The notes: a model not told the origin generated them from the letters alone. A stretch of DNA of 64,000 bases from Myxococcota bacterium (GCA_965250285.1 OZ252299.1:384001-448000); one strand, 5' to 3'. Counted from the stretch's first letter, positions 28,135 to 38,392 are shown. Made by a program: numbers and translations.

Positions 28135-28722
28135 TTGAAGACCACCCCCGAAGAATCCGACCGCCTGCGCGGCTGGCTCGGCGACGGCCTCATCTCGGCC
28201 TCTCGTCAGCTGAGCGACGCGCACTCGGCCGAGACCCGAGTGCACGTGCTGCACGCCCGGGCGTTTCCGCTCGATCAGTTCGGCGAGCTGGGCCTGCATG
28301 GGGACGAAGACGATCTCGTCGCCGGCGCCCTCACCGCCTGTCGCGGTGACCTTTCGGGCGCCGCGCTGCTCCACATGGATCCCGAGGCTGCGCTCGCGTG
28401 GTCGCGCGCGCTGGCGCCCGGCGCGGACGCGATCGCCACCTTCCTCGGTGCCGGCGACGTCCTGCTCGGCTCGGTGATCCGCGCTGCGAGTGACGTGCTC
28501 GGGCTCCCGACCGAGCTCGGCGCGTGCCAGCTGGTCGAGGACACCCTCGGCGGTTGTCTGCTCGCGACCCATGCCCCGCCCGACACGGTGCTGATCGGCG
28601 CCAAGCTGGTCGTCGAGACCGGCGCAGAAGGGGCCGCCGACGAGCAGACGCACGACGCCACGTTCCATCTGCTGCTCGACGGCAAGCTCGTCGGCGCGAT
28701 GCTGCAGACGATCGTCGAGTAG
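28135..28722 (+). CDS. Hypothetical protein, degenerate CheC/CheX-like fold
   Basis: TTG with GGAGG RBS; G...ASRQLS and RGDLSGAALL patterns resemble CheC, but no E-x-x-N motif. Confidence 0.5.
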   Translation: MKTTPEESDRLRGWLGDGLISASRQLSDAHSAETRVHVLHARAFPLDQFGELGLHGDEDDLVAGALTACRGDLSGAALLHMDPEAALAWSRALAPGADAIATFLGAGDVLLGSVIRAASDVLGLPTELGACQLVEDTLGGCLLATHAPPDTVLIGAKLVVETGAEGAADEQTHDATFHLLLDGKLVGAMLQTIVE

Positions 28723-28812
28723 CCCGGGTTTCCGAGCGCGCGCGAAGCTCGTCGACCGGGTGCGCGCGTGCCGGCTCGGCAGCGCGGCACAGCTCGCGTA
28801 TCGTCCGCACCC

Positions 28813-29427
28813 ATGATCTATTGGATCCGCCACGGTGAGACGCCGGGCAACCGCGACCGTCGGGTCCAGGTGCCCGAGACGCCTCTGTCGGATCGCGGTC
28901 TCGCTCAGGCGGCCCGTCTGGGCGAGCGCCTGCGAGATGCAGGGCTGGTGCGCCTGCTCTCGAGCGACCTCGCCCGGGCGCGCATGACCGCCGAGGCGGT
29001 TGCCGCGACCACGGGCCTCGCGCCCGAGCTGCACGACGTCTACCAGGAGCGCAACTTCGGCGATCTGCGCGGCACGCTCTACGCCGACCTCGAGTTCGAT
29101 CTATTCGGCCCCGACGTCGAGCCGCCGGCCGGCGAGTCGTGGCCGGTATTTCACGCGCGGGCCGACCGGGCGTGGACGCATGCGCTCGCGGCCGCTGCCG
29201 AGGCCGAAGGCCCGATCGCGGTCGTGACCCACGGTCTGGTCCTCGGCTCGGTGCTCGGGCGATCCGTCGGGGGCGGCGATGGGCCGATGCACTTCGGCAA
29301 CACGTCGGTCTCGATCACGGTCCCGGCCGACGATCGGCCGAGCGGCTGGCGGCTCGAGCTGCTCGACTGCACCGAGCACCTCGACGCGGCGATGGCCGAT
29401 GATGCCGGGGGCATTTCGGGGATCTGA
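28813..29427 (+). CDS. Histidine phosphatase (phosphoglycerate mutase-like) family protein
   Basis: IRHGET, SSDLARA, ERNFG, GES, VTHG. Confidence 0.93.
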   Translation: MIYWIRHGETPGNRDRRVQVPETPLSDRGLAQAARLGERLRDAGLVRLLSSDLARARMTAEAVAATTGLAPELHDVYQERNFGDLRGTLYADLEFDLFGPDVEPPAGESWPVFHARADRAWTHALAAAAEAEGPIAVVTHGLVLGSVLGRSVGGGDGPMHFGNTSVSITVPADDRPSGWRLELLDCTEHLDAAMADDAGGISGI

Positions 29428-29538
29428 GGGCGCGCGTCTCGTGGCGCGGGGCGGTCCGTCGGGACTCTGCGCTTCGCCTCGAAGCGGGCGCGGGGCGCCG
29501 CCGATGAACTGCGCCCGGCCGGTCGGCCGGCAGCGGGA

Positions 29539-30708
29539 TCAGTCCTCGCCGAGTAGGCCGCCCACGTCGCGCCGCGTGAAGAGCATGAAGCACACGTTCT
29601 CTTCGACGTCGCAGTCCTCTGTGTCCTCTTCGACCGAAACGAACTCGTACTGCTCGCTGTGGTAGTAGAGGCATTCGAGGTCGAGCAGCCGCGCCATCGT
29701 GACGAGGATCGGCTGCTGCCAGACCGTCCAGTTGTGGTAGTCGAACAGCGCACGCTCGCCGGTCTCGTCCGAAGCTTCGAGATGGAAGTGCATGAGGTTC
29801 GTGAACGGGTTCGGTTCGCCGTCGGGCTCTTCGACGAGCTCGACGTCGAAGCCCGCGTCCTCCATCTCGGGCCGCGACATGTCGTCGGTGCCGCCCATCT
29901 CGGTCACCGTCACGAGCTGAGGGACCTCGAGCATGAAGTAGTCGACGTTGCGCGTCGCCACGTCGAGCAGCTTGTAGAGCTGTTTCGCGTCGAACAGGTG
30001 ATGGCTCTGCTTGCCGATCAGGCTGAGGCTCTCGCCCTTCGACAGGCTCTTGACCTGCTGCCAGAACGATTCGTCGAGGATGTCGTTGACGAGGTAGTGC
30101 TTCTCGGTCTGGTCGAGCCAGGGTTGGGCGAGGACCTTCTCCTTCGCCTTCTCGTCGAGGTCGGCCATCACGTACTGGTACTCGGGGAAGCGGAAGTGCC
30201 CCTCGTACGAGAAGTCGGCCGTGCCGGCCATCGGCTCGATGATCGTGCCGACGTTGCGGCAGAGCCTGGTCGCGACGAAGTCTTCGACGCCGAACTCGAA
30301 GGTGCCCAGCACCGAAGCGTAGACCGCGTAGGGGTCGAGCTGATCGAGGCCCCCCTCGAGGTACGCGCGCACGTAGTCGTAGTCGACCTTGAAGGGCGAG
30401 TCATACGACTTCATCCAACCGAAGTCGGTGAAGTCGTGGAACCCCTCGCTGGCGATCGAGCGCCAGTAGTCGAGGCGCTTCTTCTTCTTCTTGATCTTGG
30501 AGTTGTTCGCCTTGAAGCCCCGCAGGACGCAGGGGTGCATGCGGGCGACGATCCGCTTTCGTTCGGGCTTCTCGAGCTTGTCGAGGCGGCAGTCGGCCTG
30601 AAGCGCGATCCAGTCGGGCTTCGACTCTTCGCCCGATTCGATCGCGGAGAGGATCCGATCCAGCGCTTGCCATGATCGGGCCACGCGCGTCCGCTGCTTG
30701 ATCTCCAT
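29539..30708 (-). CDS. Hypothetical protein, possible SAM-dependent methyltransferase-like fold
   Basis: Clean ORF with protein-like composition; IIEPMAGTADF followed by YVMADLDE resembles motif I/post-I. Confidence 0.65.
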   Translation of the reverse strand: MEIKQRTRVARSWQALDRILSAIESGEESKPDWIALQADCRLDKLEKPERKRIVARMHPCVLRGFKANNSKIKKKKKRLDYWRSIASEGFHDFTDFGWMKSYDSPFKVDYDYVRAYLEGGLDQLDPYAVYASVLGTFEFGVEDFVATRLCRNVGTIIEPMAGTADFSYEGHFRFPEYQYVMADLDEKAKEKVLAQPWLDQTEKHYLVNDILDESFWQQVKSLSKGESLSLIGKQSHHLFDAKQLYKLLDVATRNVDYFMLEVPQLVTVTEMGGTDDMSRPEMEDAGFDVELVEEPDGEPNPFTNLMHFHLEASDETGERALFDYHNWTVWQQPILVTMARLLDLECLYYHSEQYEFVSVEEDTEDCDVEENVCFMLFTRRDVGGLLGED

Positions 30709-30792
30709 GCCAGCTCGTCTCCGGCCGCTCGTTCCATCGGCCGTTCGTGGGGAGTGCGGTGCCTCGACGGGGCGGCCGCTCGATCGAGTCGC

Positions 30793-31062
30793 CTAGCCGG
30801 CGGCCTCCTCGGCGCGGCGTTTCTCGTAGTCGTCGAGATAGGCCTGCAGCGAGACGTGCACCTGACGCGCGACGTCACCCCGCCAGCCCTGGATGGCCGA
30901 CAATACGAGGAATGCCTGCGCCGCCATCGCGTCGGCGCCCTTTTCTTTGATGACTTCGAGTGCTTGCTCGGCTGCGCCGACCACCGACCCGTGCGGACAC
31001 TGTCGCGTCACGGCAGTGATCGCTTCGACCACGCCGAGGATGCGCTCTTCCCCGTCGCTCAT
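30793..31062 (-). CDS. Small hypothetical protein
   Basis: 89-aa helical-looking ORF co-oriented with the adjacent hypothetical gene. Confidence 0.6.
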   Translation of the reverse strand: MSDGEERILGVVEAITAVTRQCPHGSVVGAAEQALEVIKEKGADAMAAQAFLVLSAIQGWRGDVARQVHVSLQAYLDDYEKRRAEEAAG

Positions 31063-31394
31063 GCGGCGCATCATATCGCAGAAGCGCGCGCGTGGTGCCG
31101 CGGATTCGAAGTTCGACGCAGTCCGCACACGATGCGGCGGGCTCGAAGTTCGGCCCGGCCCCGCGAGTGATGCAGGCATTGGTGGCGGGCGAGCGCCCCG
31201 AAGTGGTGCTTCGCGTCGGCACCCTCCGTACTCTCCGAGCGGTCGAACTCGTTGCACCACGAACCACGAGAAGGCGGAGGCCGCCGACAAAGCCGGCGCC
31301 TCGGGGAGAGCGCATGGGGATCAATCAGCGGCATGGGTCGCGCCGGCGGCGTACGGAGCGACGAGCCGCGATCCGCACGGGGAGCGTGCGATGC

Positions 31395-32309
31395 ATGCTG
31401 CACGTCTGCCTTCGGGTGTGCGGTGTGTCGCTCATCGTGCTCGCCCTCGTCTCGAACGCGTCGAGTCAGAACTTCGACTCGGTCGAGATCACCGTGACGC
31501 CGCTGCGGAGCGGTCTCTCGATGATGACGGGCGCCGGAGGCAACCTGCTCGTCTCGACGGGCGACGACGGCGTGCTCGTCGTCGACGATCAGTACGCGCC
31601 GATGGCGCCGAAGATCCGCGCTGCGGTCGAGCGGATGAGCGCGTCGCCGATCCGGTGGGTGATCAACACGCACTGGCACGGGGATCATACCGGTGGCAAC
31701 CAGGCGATGGCCGAAGCCGGCGCCGTGATCGTTGCGCACGACAACGTGCGCGTGCGGATGAGCAGTGAGCAGTTCATCGCCGCCCTGGGTCGACGCGTGC
31801 CGCCGTCGCCGGTCGAGGCCCTGCCGGTCGTGACGTTCAGCGAGGCGATGTCGCTCCACTTCAATGGTCAGGAGCTGCGGGTGCACCACGTGGCTCCGGC
31901 CCACACCGATGGCGACGCCATCATTCACGTGCGCGACGCGAACGTGCTCCACACCGGCGATCTCTTCTTCAACGGTTTCTATCCGTTCTTCGACTCTTCG
32001 AGTGGCGGTGCGTTCGCCGGCATGGTCGCGGCGGCGCACCGACTCGTCGCGCTGACCGATGACGAGACGCTGATCGTGCCGGGGCACGGCCCACTCGCTG
32101 ACCGGGCCGACCTGGTCGCCTACCGCGACATGCTCGTCGAGGTGGAGCGCGGTGTCGGTCGCGCGATCCGCCAGGGGAAGAGCCTCGAGGAGACGATCGC
32201 GAGTCGGCCGACGCGTGCGCTCGACGCGCGCTGGGGCGGCGGGTTCCTGAAGCCCGAGGCCTTCGTGACGCTCGTGTACGAGAGTCTGTCCGGCGATTCA
32301 GGGCGCTGA
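31395..32309 (+). CDS. Secreted MBL-fold metallo-hydrolase (cyclase-like)
   Basis: Signal peptide; THWHGDH, AHTDGD, HTGD, VPGHG. Confidence 0.92.
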   Translation: MLHVCLRVCGVSLIVLALVSNASSQNFDSVEITVTPLRSGLSMMTGAGGNLLVSTGDDGVLVVDDQYAPMAPKIRAAVERMSASPIRWVINTHWHGDHTGGNQAMAEAGAVIVAHDNVRVRMSSEQFIAALGRRVPPSPVEALPVVTFSEAMSLHFNGQELRVHHVAPAHTDGDAIIHVRDANVLHTGDLFFNGFYPFFDSSSGGAFAGMVAAAHRLVALTDDETLIVPGHGPLADRADLVAYRDMLVEVERGVGRAIRQGKSLEETIASRPTRALDARWGGGFLKPEAFVTLVYESLSGDSGR

Positions 32310-32328
32310 CCCGGGGGGTTCTGCGGTC

Positions 32329-32363
32329 TGGCAGAAATCGTGGGGCGTCCGTCATTGCAGACA
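32329..32363. promoter_or_regulatory. Imperfect inverted repeat upstream of the GlxA-family regulator operon
   Basis: TGGCAGAAATCG...CGTCATTGCAGACA; candidate AraC/GlxA binding site. Confidence 0.35.
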
Positions 32364-32388
32364 CAGGGAGAAGCGGCACTCTCGGGCC

Positions 32389-33390
32389 ATGCCGCGTACG
32401 CCCCGAATCCCTCCGCGTCACCTCGTCTCGATGGTCGCCTTCGAGGGCGCGAACGTCGTCGACGTGACGGGAGCGCTCGAGGTCTTCTCCACGACGAACC
32501 GAGTGCTCGAGGCACAGCGCCCGAAGCGCCCGAGATACGAGGTCGAGATCGTCGCGCGCGAGGCGGGACCGCTGGGGATGTCCTGCGGTGTCGAGCTCGT
32601 CGCGAAGCGCGCCCTCGGGCGAATGCGCACGCAGCCCGACACGTTGATGGTCGCCGGCGGGCTCGGCACACGCGCGGCCGTCGAAGACTCCGCTCTGATC
32701 GAGGCGATTCGGCGTAGAGCGTCTGGGACGAGGCGGATCGCGTCGGTGTGCACCGGGGCCTTCCTGCTGGCCGAGGCGGGTCTGCTCGACGGACGGCGCG
32801 CCGTCACGCACTGGGGCAGCTGTGACGAGCTCGCGGCGCGCTACCCGCGCGTACGCGTCGAGGTCGATCCGATCTTCGTGCGGGACGGGCGGGTGTGGAC
32901 GTCGGCCGGGGTCACCGCCGGTCTCGATCTGGCCCTCGCCCTCGTCGAAGCAGACCACGACCGCGAAGTCGCGCTGGCCGTCGCGCGTTCGATGGTGTTC
33001 TACCTGAAGCGACCGGGCGGACAGAGTCAGTTCAGCGCCCAGCTCGATGCCCAGCTTGCAGCGCGCGAGCCGATCCGCGATGCCCAGAGCTTCGTGCACG
33101 AGCATCCCGAAGCCGACCTGACGGTGCCGGCGCTCGCGAAGCGCGTGGCAATGAGTCCGCGGCACTTCGCACGGGCCTTCGCGAGCGAGGTGGGGACGAC
33201 GCCGGCGCGTTACGTCGAGCGCGCCCGCGTCGAGGCCGCGCGCCGCCGACTCGAAGACACGGATCAAGGGCTCGATGAGGTGGCCTTCGCGTGTGGGTTC
33301 GGGAGCGGCGAGGTGATGCGCCGCGCGTTCCTGCGCGTGCTCGAGGTCGGGCCGTCGGCCTACCGCAGTCGATTCAACCGGGGCGCCTAG
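32389..33390 (+). CDS. GlxA-family (DJ-1 + AraC HTH) transcriptional regulator
   Basis: SVCTGAF, THW, TSAGVTAGLD, RPGGQSQFS, MSPRHFARAF, CGFG. Confidence 0.95.
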   Translation: MPRTPRIPPRHLVSMVAFEGANVVDVTGALEVFSTTNRVLEAQRPKRPRYEVEIVAREAGPLGMSCGVELVAKRALGRMRTQPDTLMVAGGLGTRAAVEDSALIEAIRRRASGTRRIASVCTGAFLLAEAGLLDGRRAVTHWGSCDELAARYPRVRVEVDPIFVRDGRVWTSAGVTAGLDLALALVEADHDREVALAVARSMVFYLKRPGGQSQFSAQLDAQLAAREPIRDAQSFVHEHPEADLTVPALAKRVAMSPRHFARAFASEVGTTPARYVERARVEAARRRLEDTDQGLDEVAFACGFGSGEVMRRAFLRVLEVGPSAYRSRFNRGA

Positions 33391-33420
33391 GCGTCTCCGT
33401 CGACACGAGGGAGAAACGAG

Positions 33421-34017
33421 ATGTCTGCACTCGAAGTGGGCGTGGTGCTCTTCGACGATGCCGAAGAGCTCGACTGGGCCGGGCCGTGGGAGGTGCTCAC
33501 CGGGTTGCGGGTCGTCGGGGAGGCCAACGTCTTCACCGTGGCCGAGCGCGACCAGCCGATCCGCTGCGCCAAGGGGCTGCGCGTGCTGCCCGACCGCACC
33601 TTCGACGAGGTCGACCGGCTCGATGTCCTGTTGATTCCGGGCGGGCAGGGGAGTCGGGTCGAGCTCAAGAACCCCGCGATGCTCGACTGGGTGCGCCGCG
33701 TCGCCGACGGCTGCCAGTGGGTGACGAGCGTCTGCACCGGCGCAGCGATCCTCGCGGCGGCCGGCCTCCTCGAAGGGCGTCGGGCGACGACCCATTGGGG
33801 CTACATCGAGACGCTCCGCGAGCAGCATCCCGAGATCGAGGTGCTCGAGCGCGTGCGCTACGTGCGCGACGGTCACGTCGTGACGGCGGCCGGCGTGTCG
33901 GCGGGGATCGACATGTCGCTTTGGCTGGTCGGGCAGATCCACTCGCCCGAGGTCGCGCGCCGCGTTCAGCACTACATCGAATACGATCCGGCGCCGCCGT
34001 ACGCGGCGGAGGCCTAG
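33421..34017 (+). CDS. DJ-1/PfpI family protein (isonitrile hydratase-like)
   Basis: EELDWAGPWEV, SVCTG, ATTHW, AGVSAGID, IEYDPAPP. Confidence 0.93.
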   Translation: MSALEVGVVLFDDAEELDWAGPWEVLTGLRVVGEANVFTVAERDQPIRCAKGLRVLPDRTFDEVDRLDVLLIPGGQGSRVELKNPAMLDWVRRVADGCQWVTSVCTGAAILAAAGLLEGRRATTHWGYIETLREQHPEIEVLERVRYVRDGHVVTAAGVSAGIDMSLWLVGQIHSPEVARRVQHYIEYDPAPPYAAEA

Positions 34018-34023
34018 CGGCGT

Positions 34024-35253
34024 CTAGCTCGGCTCGGGATCGGCGGCCCGCGCCATCCGCATCGTCGCGGCCAGACCCGCGGTCGCGACGAGTCCGAGCA
34101 GGGACGCGATCGCGAGCAGTCGGCCCAGGGTCTCGGGATCGCCCTCGGCGCCTTCACCCGCGAGCCAGCCGAGGCCGCCGACGACGAGGCCGTACGCGAG
34201 TCGACCGGCGAGGCTCTGCAGCGAGAAGAAGGTGGCGCGGCGCGCACTCCGCACGCGCGGCGAGCAGGTGGCGTTGACGATCGGCTGGCTGATCGCGGGC
34301 TGCACCGAGCGGGCGAAGAGCAGCACCAGCACGAGGGGGTGCACCACGATCGCCATCGCGAGGATGATCGTGGTCTGCAGCGCCGACATGGCGACGAGGG
34401 CGCCGCCGACGCCGAGCCGAGCGCGCACGCGCATGCTGTAGCCCGCCGCGAAGGCCGCGACGCCGTAGACGCCGGCGTAGAGCACGGCGCTCGCGATGGG
34501 GGTGTAGTAGACGTCGTTCGCGCGCTCGACGAGCACCAGCGCCGTGTAGGGCTGCGCGAACTCGTACGGGATGTGCTCGAGCACGAGCATGACCACGACG
34601 TAGCACGACACCCAGACGAGCACGGGATCACGCAGTGCACCGACGCATTCGCGCAGCTGGGTGCCGAACGAGTCCCGGGCGAAGCCGTCTTCGCCCCGGG
34701 CCGGCTCGCGCATCAGCAGGGTCACGACGAGACCGATGCCGGCGAACGCGAGTCCGAAGGCGTAGGCCCCGCTCAGGTCGAAGAAGCCGACGCCCCCACC
34801 GATGGCGACGCTCAGCGCCGCGCTGACATAGCCGCGACGGGCGAGGCGAGCTTCGCGGTCGCCGTACTCGGTCTCGATGCCGAGCGCGCGCAGGGCGTCG
34901 TAGTGGTACGAGGTGTCGGTGCCGGAGATGCAGGCCCAGTGAAGGGCCATCGCGACTTCGGCGAGCGCGTGGATCTCGAATCGCGTGCCACCGGAAAGAA
35001 AGAGCGCGTAGGCCGCGATCTTCGACACCGCCGACAAGCGGAGCGTCGGCACTCTTCCGATGCGATCGCTCAGATAGCCGGAAGGGACCTCGAGGGCGAC
35101 GACGCTCAAGTAGTAGAGCGCCGACAGTCGCAGCACATCGTCGATGCCGAAGCGCGCGCTCAGAAAGAGAAAGAAGACCGGCGCATGGAAGTTCAGCCGC
35201 GAGAGCGGAAAGAAGAGGCCGTAGAGTCGCAGGCTTCGCGCGGTGGCGTCCAA
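34024..35253 (-). CDS. MFS transporter (same subfamily as 80-1333)
   Basis: LEVPSGYLSDRIGR, ISGT, RATFFSL; about 12 TM. Confidence 0.88.
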   Translation of the reverse strand: MDATARSLRLYGLFFPLSRLNFHAPVFFLFLSARFGIDDVLRLSALYYLSVVALEVPSGYLSDRIGRVPTLRLSAVSKIAAYALFLSGGTRFEIHALAEVAMALHWACISGTDTSYHYDALRALGIETEYGDREARLARRGYVSAALSVAIGGGVGFFDLSGAYAFGLAFAGIGLVVTLLMREPARGEDGFARDSFGTQLRECVGALRDPVLVWVSCYVVVMLVLEHIPYEFAQPYTALVLVERANDVYYTPIASAVLYAGVYGVAAFAAGYSMRVRARLGVGGALVAMSALQTTIILAMAIVVHPLVLVLLFARSVQPAISQPIVNATCSPRVRSARRATFFSLQSLAGRLAYGLVVGGLGWLAGEGAEGDPETLGRLLAIASLLGLVATAGLAATMRMARAADPEPS

Positions 35254-35329
35254 TGCGATCCCGCTCCCCGGTGCGCCGGCATGCGAGGCGCGGGCTCTCG
35301 TGGGCGACGCAGCCCGTCAGGCAGACGTG

Positions 35330-35773
35330 TCAGGCGTCTTCGCCGCCGAAGTGCGCGGCGGTGTGTTTCGCCATGTGCTCGATGAACCACTGAGGAAACT
35401 GCGAGACGAAGTTGTTGACGTCCCAGTAGTCGCTCCAGCGAATGATCAGGCCATCCTTCAGCTCGTGCATGGTGGCGAAGGGGTTGACCGCTTTCTCGCC
35501 GGTCTTGAACGTCCACGTCTCGGTGTGGTCGAGCAGGGCGACGTCGCCATCGACGGCGAGGTGATGCACGACGTGTTCGTGCTGGGTGATCTGGTCGAAG
35601 GCGATCTCGAGTCGCTTGACCACGTTGTCGGGGCCGGTCGCGCCGGTGTCGGGCGTCGGGATATCGGCGTAGTGCACGTCGGGGTGCAGGCAGCTCTTCA
35701 GCGTGTCCCAATCCTTGGCCGATAGTGCGGCCCACATGCGCTCGACGGTCTGGCGGTTTTCTTCAGCGGACAA
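35330..35773 (-). CDS. NTF2/SnoaL-like protein (limonene epoxide hydrolase-like)
   Basis: ENRQTVERMW, HPDVHY, DHTETW, DGLIIRWSDYWD; TTG start with GAGAGGGAG. Confidence 0.85.
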   Translation of the reverse strand: MSAEENRQTVERMWAALSAKDWDTLKSCLHPDVHYADIPTPDTGATGPDNVVKRLEIAFDQITQHEHVVHHLAVDGDVALLDHTETWTFKTGEKAVNPFATMHELKDGLIIRWSDYWDVNNFVSQFPQWFIEHMAKHTAAHFGGEDA

Positions 35774-35905
35774 GTCGACTCCCTCTCAGCGTTGCCGGTG
35801 GGTGATGGCGACTTCGATGATGGCTCGCGCGGGGCGTTCGGGCCAGACCCGTTCCCGACCGACGAAAGCACGCCTCGTCGGGGCGGGACGGTGTAGTCTG
35901 TCGCC

Positions 35906-36928
35906 ATGGGCAGCACTCCGACCGAACAGTCTCCCGACCGCATGAACCTCGTGGCGATCTTCGTCGCCTCCGCCAGCGTGCTCTTCCTGGCGCTCGGCTC
36001 GTCTTTCCGACAGCCGTTCGGCGACGCGCTCTCGACGAACCTCGGGCGCGTCGTCCTGGTGGGCTCGGCCGGGGGCGCGCTGGCCCTCGCCGGCGCGATT
36101 CGGCGGGTGCGCGGCGCCGAAGAGGGGCCGACGTTCGAGCTCGCGATCTTCGGGGCCGCGTCGATGGGCGCGGCAGGCGTCGCGATCGGATCGGGGTGGT
36201 TGTCTGCGGCACCGCTCGTCGGGGGCGTGCTCGCTGGCAGCGTGCTGGGCGCGCTGGGCCTGGGGCTCGCGCGCCTGTGTGATCGCGAGAGCCGCGCTTC
36301 GAACCTGCTCGTCGCCGGCTTGCTCGGCGTCTTCATTGCGGCGGCCGGCCTGAGTGCGAGCTTCGGCGCCGAGGCCGGGGGCGCGGTCACGGGGACGATC
36401 ATGTGGCTCGTCGGCAATGCCGCCGATGCGACGCCGGCGTCGGCCGGGCTGGCGGCGGCGCTGCTCATCGTGGCACTCGTCGCCTCGACGGTGCTGGCGC
36501 GGCGGGGCGAGGCCGGCTCGGCCGGGCTCGCGATCATCGGCCCGGTGGCGCTCGGCTTCGCGACCGGTCTCGTCGGCGTGTTCGCCTTCATTGGATCGTT
36601 CGTGCCGCGCACCGTGCGGGCGCTTGCGCCGGGAGCCTCACCCGCGGCGCTGCTCGTCGCGAGCGTCGTCGCGGGCGGCGCCAGCGCCGCGATCATCGAC
36701 GCGGTCCCCCGCTTCCTGATCGGCGGCTACGCACTGCCGTTCGCCGTCTCGATCGGCATGCTCGCGGTGCCGATCTACCTCTGCTGGAACCGCGCGCGCC
36801 TGCGCCGCCTGGCCGGGCCGGCGTCGGCGGCCTTCGAAGCGCTCGAGCTCACCGTGATTGGCGTGGGCACGGCCGTCGCGGTCGGTCTCGTCGTCTTCTT
36901 GACCCAGGTGGTGCGCAGCTCGACCTGA
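35906..36928 (+). CDS. Divergent FecCD/BtuC-like permease
   Basis: GGALALAG, ASMGAAG, IMWLVG, GVFAFIG.FVP, ALPF...GML.VP.Y patterns. Confidence 0.6.
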   Translation: MGSTPTEQSPDRMNLVAIFVASASVLFLALGSSFRQPFGDALSTNLGRVVLVGSAGGALALAGAIRRVRGAEEGPTFELAIFGAASMGAAGVAIGSGWLSAAPLVGGVLAGSVLGALGLGLARLCDRESRASNLLVAGLLGVFIAAAGLSASFGAEAGGAVTGTIMWLVGNAADATPASAGLAAALLIVALVASTVLARRGEAGSAGLAIIGPVALGFATGLVGVFAFIGSFVPRTVRALAPGASPAALLVASVVAGGASAAIIDAVPRFLIGGYALPFAVSIGMLAVPIYLCWNRARLRRLAGPASAAFEALELTVIGVGTAVAVGLVVFLTQVVRSST

Positions 36929-36964
36929 GGGTCAGTCCGCAGCCGCGACGCGCGCTGTCTGCGC

Positions 36965-38392
36965 TCAGACCAGCAGCGCGCCGGTATCGATGTGCGCAGC
37001 GATGGCTTCACCCACGCGCAGCTCGGCCGTCTCGACGTTCTTCGGATCGCCCACGAGGTCGGTCCGCGACGCGAAGTAGTCGGACGTGCCGACGCGCACG
37101 ATCTCGTCGTCGCCGGGCGAAACGCCCCAGCCCTCGAGGCGCTGGCGCAGCGGCGGTGCGATGGCGCGGCCTTCGATCTCGATGCGGGCGAGGCGATTGC
37201 CGTAGGGGTCGAGGCTCCAGGCGTGGCCCGACGTGACGTCGCCTGGGCAGAATCGGCCGAAGACCTCGTCGCCGTGGAAGCCGTACGGGGTCTGCGCGGC
37301 CGACTTCATCGCATCCTCGATCAGACGGCGCATCTCGACGCCTTCGATCGTGCGGCCGAGCCGGGCAAGCAGGTCGCCGCTGCCCCATCGCGTCGGATCC
37401 TGCACGATCTGAACGTAGGCGTGCACATGCGGGTGCCCCTGGAAGTGGATCACGGTGCCCGGGCCCTCGATCCGCCACACCTGCCAGTAGGGCACGCCGC
37501 GGCGCGCGCGCTCGGCCGCGTCGAGAGATGCCACTGACTGCATGTCTTCGTAGAAGCCATGGCTCTCGTAGAACGCCAGCCTCAGCTCATCGACGCCGCC
37601 ATGACTGTCGATCGTGTCGCGCGCGCGCTTCGCTTCGAGCTCGGGGTAGTGCGAGAACACGACGTCGAGCAGGGCCTCGGCTTCGGCGCGGCCCGCCTCG
37701 TTCGCGTCGCCGAGGCGCAGGCCGTCGAAGTGGCCGTCTGCGCTCTGGGGCTGCAGCACGAGCTCGTTCGGCGCGGTCGCAGCGACGGCCTTCGTCCGGG
37801 ACGCCTCGTCGAGGGCGGCGAAGACCGCGTTCGCGGCGTCGCCATGGTGGGCGAAGCTGTTGCCGGGGATCTTCCACTGCTCGTTGCCGAGCTGATGCCC
37901 ATAGGCGACACCGCCACCGAAGGGCTCGCGGCCGATGTTGCCGCCGCGCAGCAGCACGTGGCCGCCCATCAGCGCCGCCTGGGCCGGCCCGTCGAGCGGG
38001 TCGCCATAGATGGCGAGCACGCAGCCTTCGAACTTGCCCTCGACGGCGAAGGTGCCCGCGAAATCCTGGCAACCCTTCTTGGAGAGCATCGCGTCACGCA
38101 GCCGCGCGACGAGCTCGATCTGGCTCGGCGTGAAGACCGTGCCGATGTGGGGGCGGTCGAGAAACGTCGACGTGTTCGTGATCTGCCGCGAGGGGTGGTC
38201 GCGGTGCAGCACGGTCTGGGCGCGCTGCTCGAGCGTCATGCTGGCGACGAGCGCCTCGAGGTGCTCCATCACGCTGCCGGTTGGCGCTGCTGCGCCGACG
38301 CCGTGGACGCCCAGGCCGCGGGCCGCCAGCAGGCCAGCGGCGGCCGCCGACGCGGTCAGGAAGGTGCGCCGTCCGACACTCGTTTCAGCCAT
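36965..38392 (-). CDS. Tat-exported DUF3500-like protein
   Basis: Tat motif GRRTFL; AIYGDP, GGH, YWQVWRIEGP, HFQGHPHVH. Confidence 0.7.
   Translation of the reverse strand: MAETSVGRRTFLTASAAAAGLLAARGLGVHGVGAAAPTGSVMEHLEALVASMTLEQRAQTVLHRDHPSRQITNTSTFLDRPHIGTVFTPSQIELVARLRDAMLSKKGCQDFAGTFAVEGKFEGCVLAIYGDPLDGPAQAALMGGHVLLRGGNIGREPFGGGVAYGHQLGNEQWKIPGNSFAHHGDAANAVFAALDEASRTKAVAATAPNELVLQPQSADGHFDGLRLGDANEAGRAEAEALLDVVFSHYPELEAKRARDTIDSHGGVDELRLAFYESHGFYEDMQSVASLDAAERARRGVPYWQVWRIEGPGTVIHFQGHPHVHAYVQIVQDPTRWGSGDLLARLGRTIEGVEMRRLIEDAMKSAAQTPYGFHGDEVFGRFCPGDVTSGHAWSLDPYGNRLARIEIEGRAIAPPLRQRLEGWGVSPGDDEIVRVGTSDYFASRTDLVGDPKNVETAELRVGEAIAAHIDTGALLV

Noticed and set aside
31395..32309. Metallo-beta-lactamase resistance gene
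   Set aside because: Motifs fit the broad cyclase-like MBL-fold hydrolases (third-site HTGD, no Cys); no evidence for B1 beta-lactamase or a mobile context.
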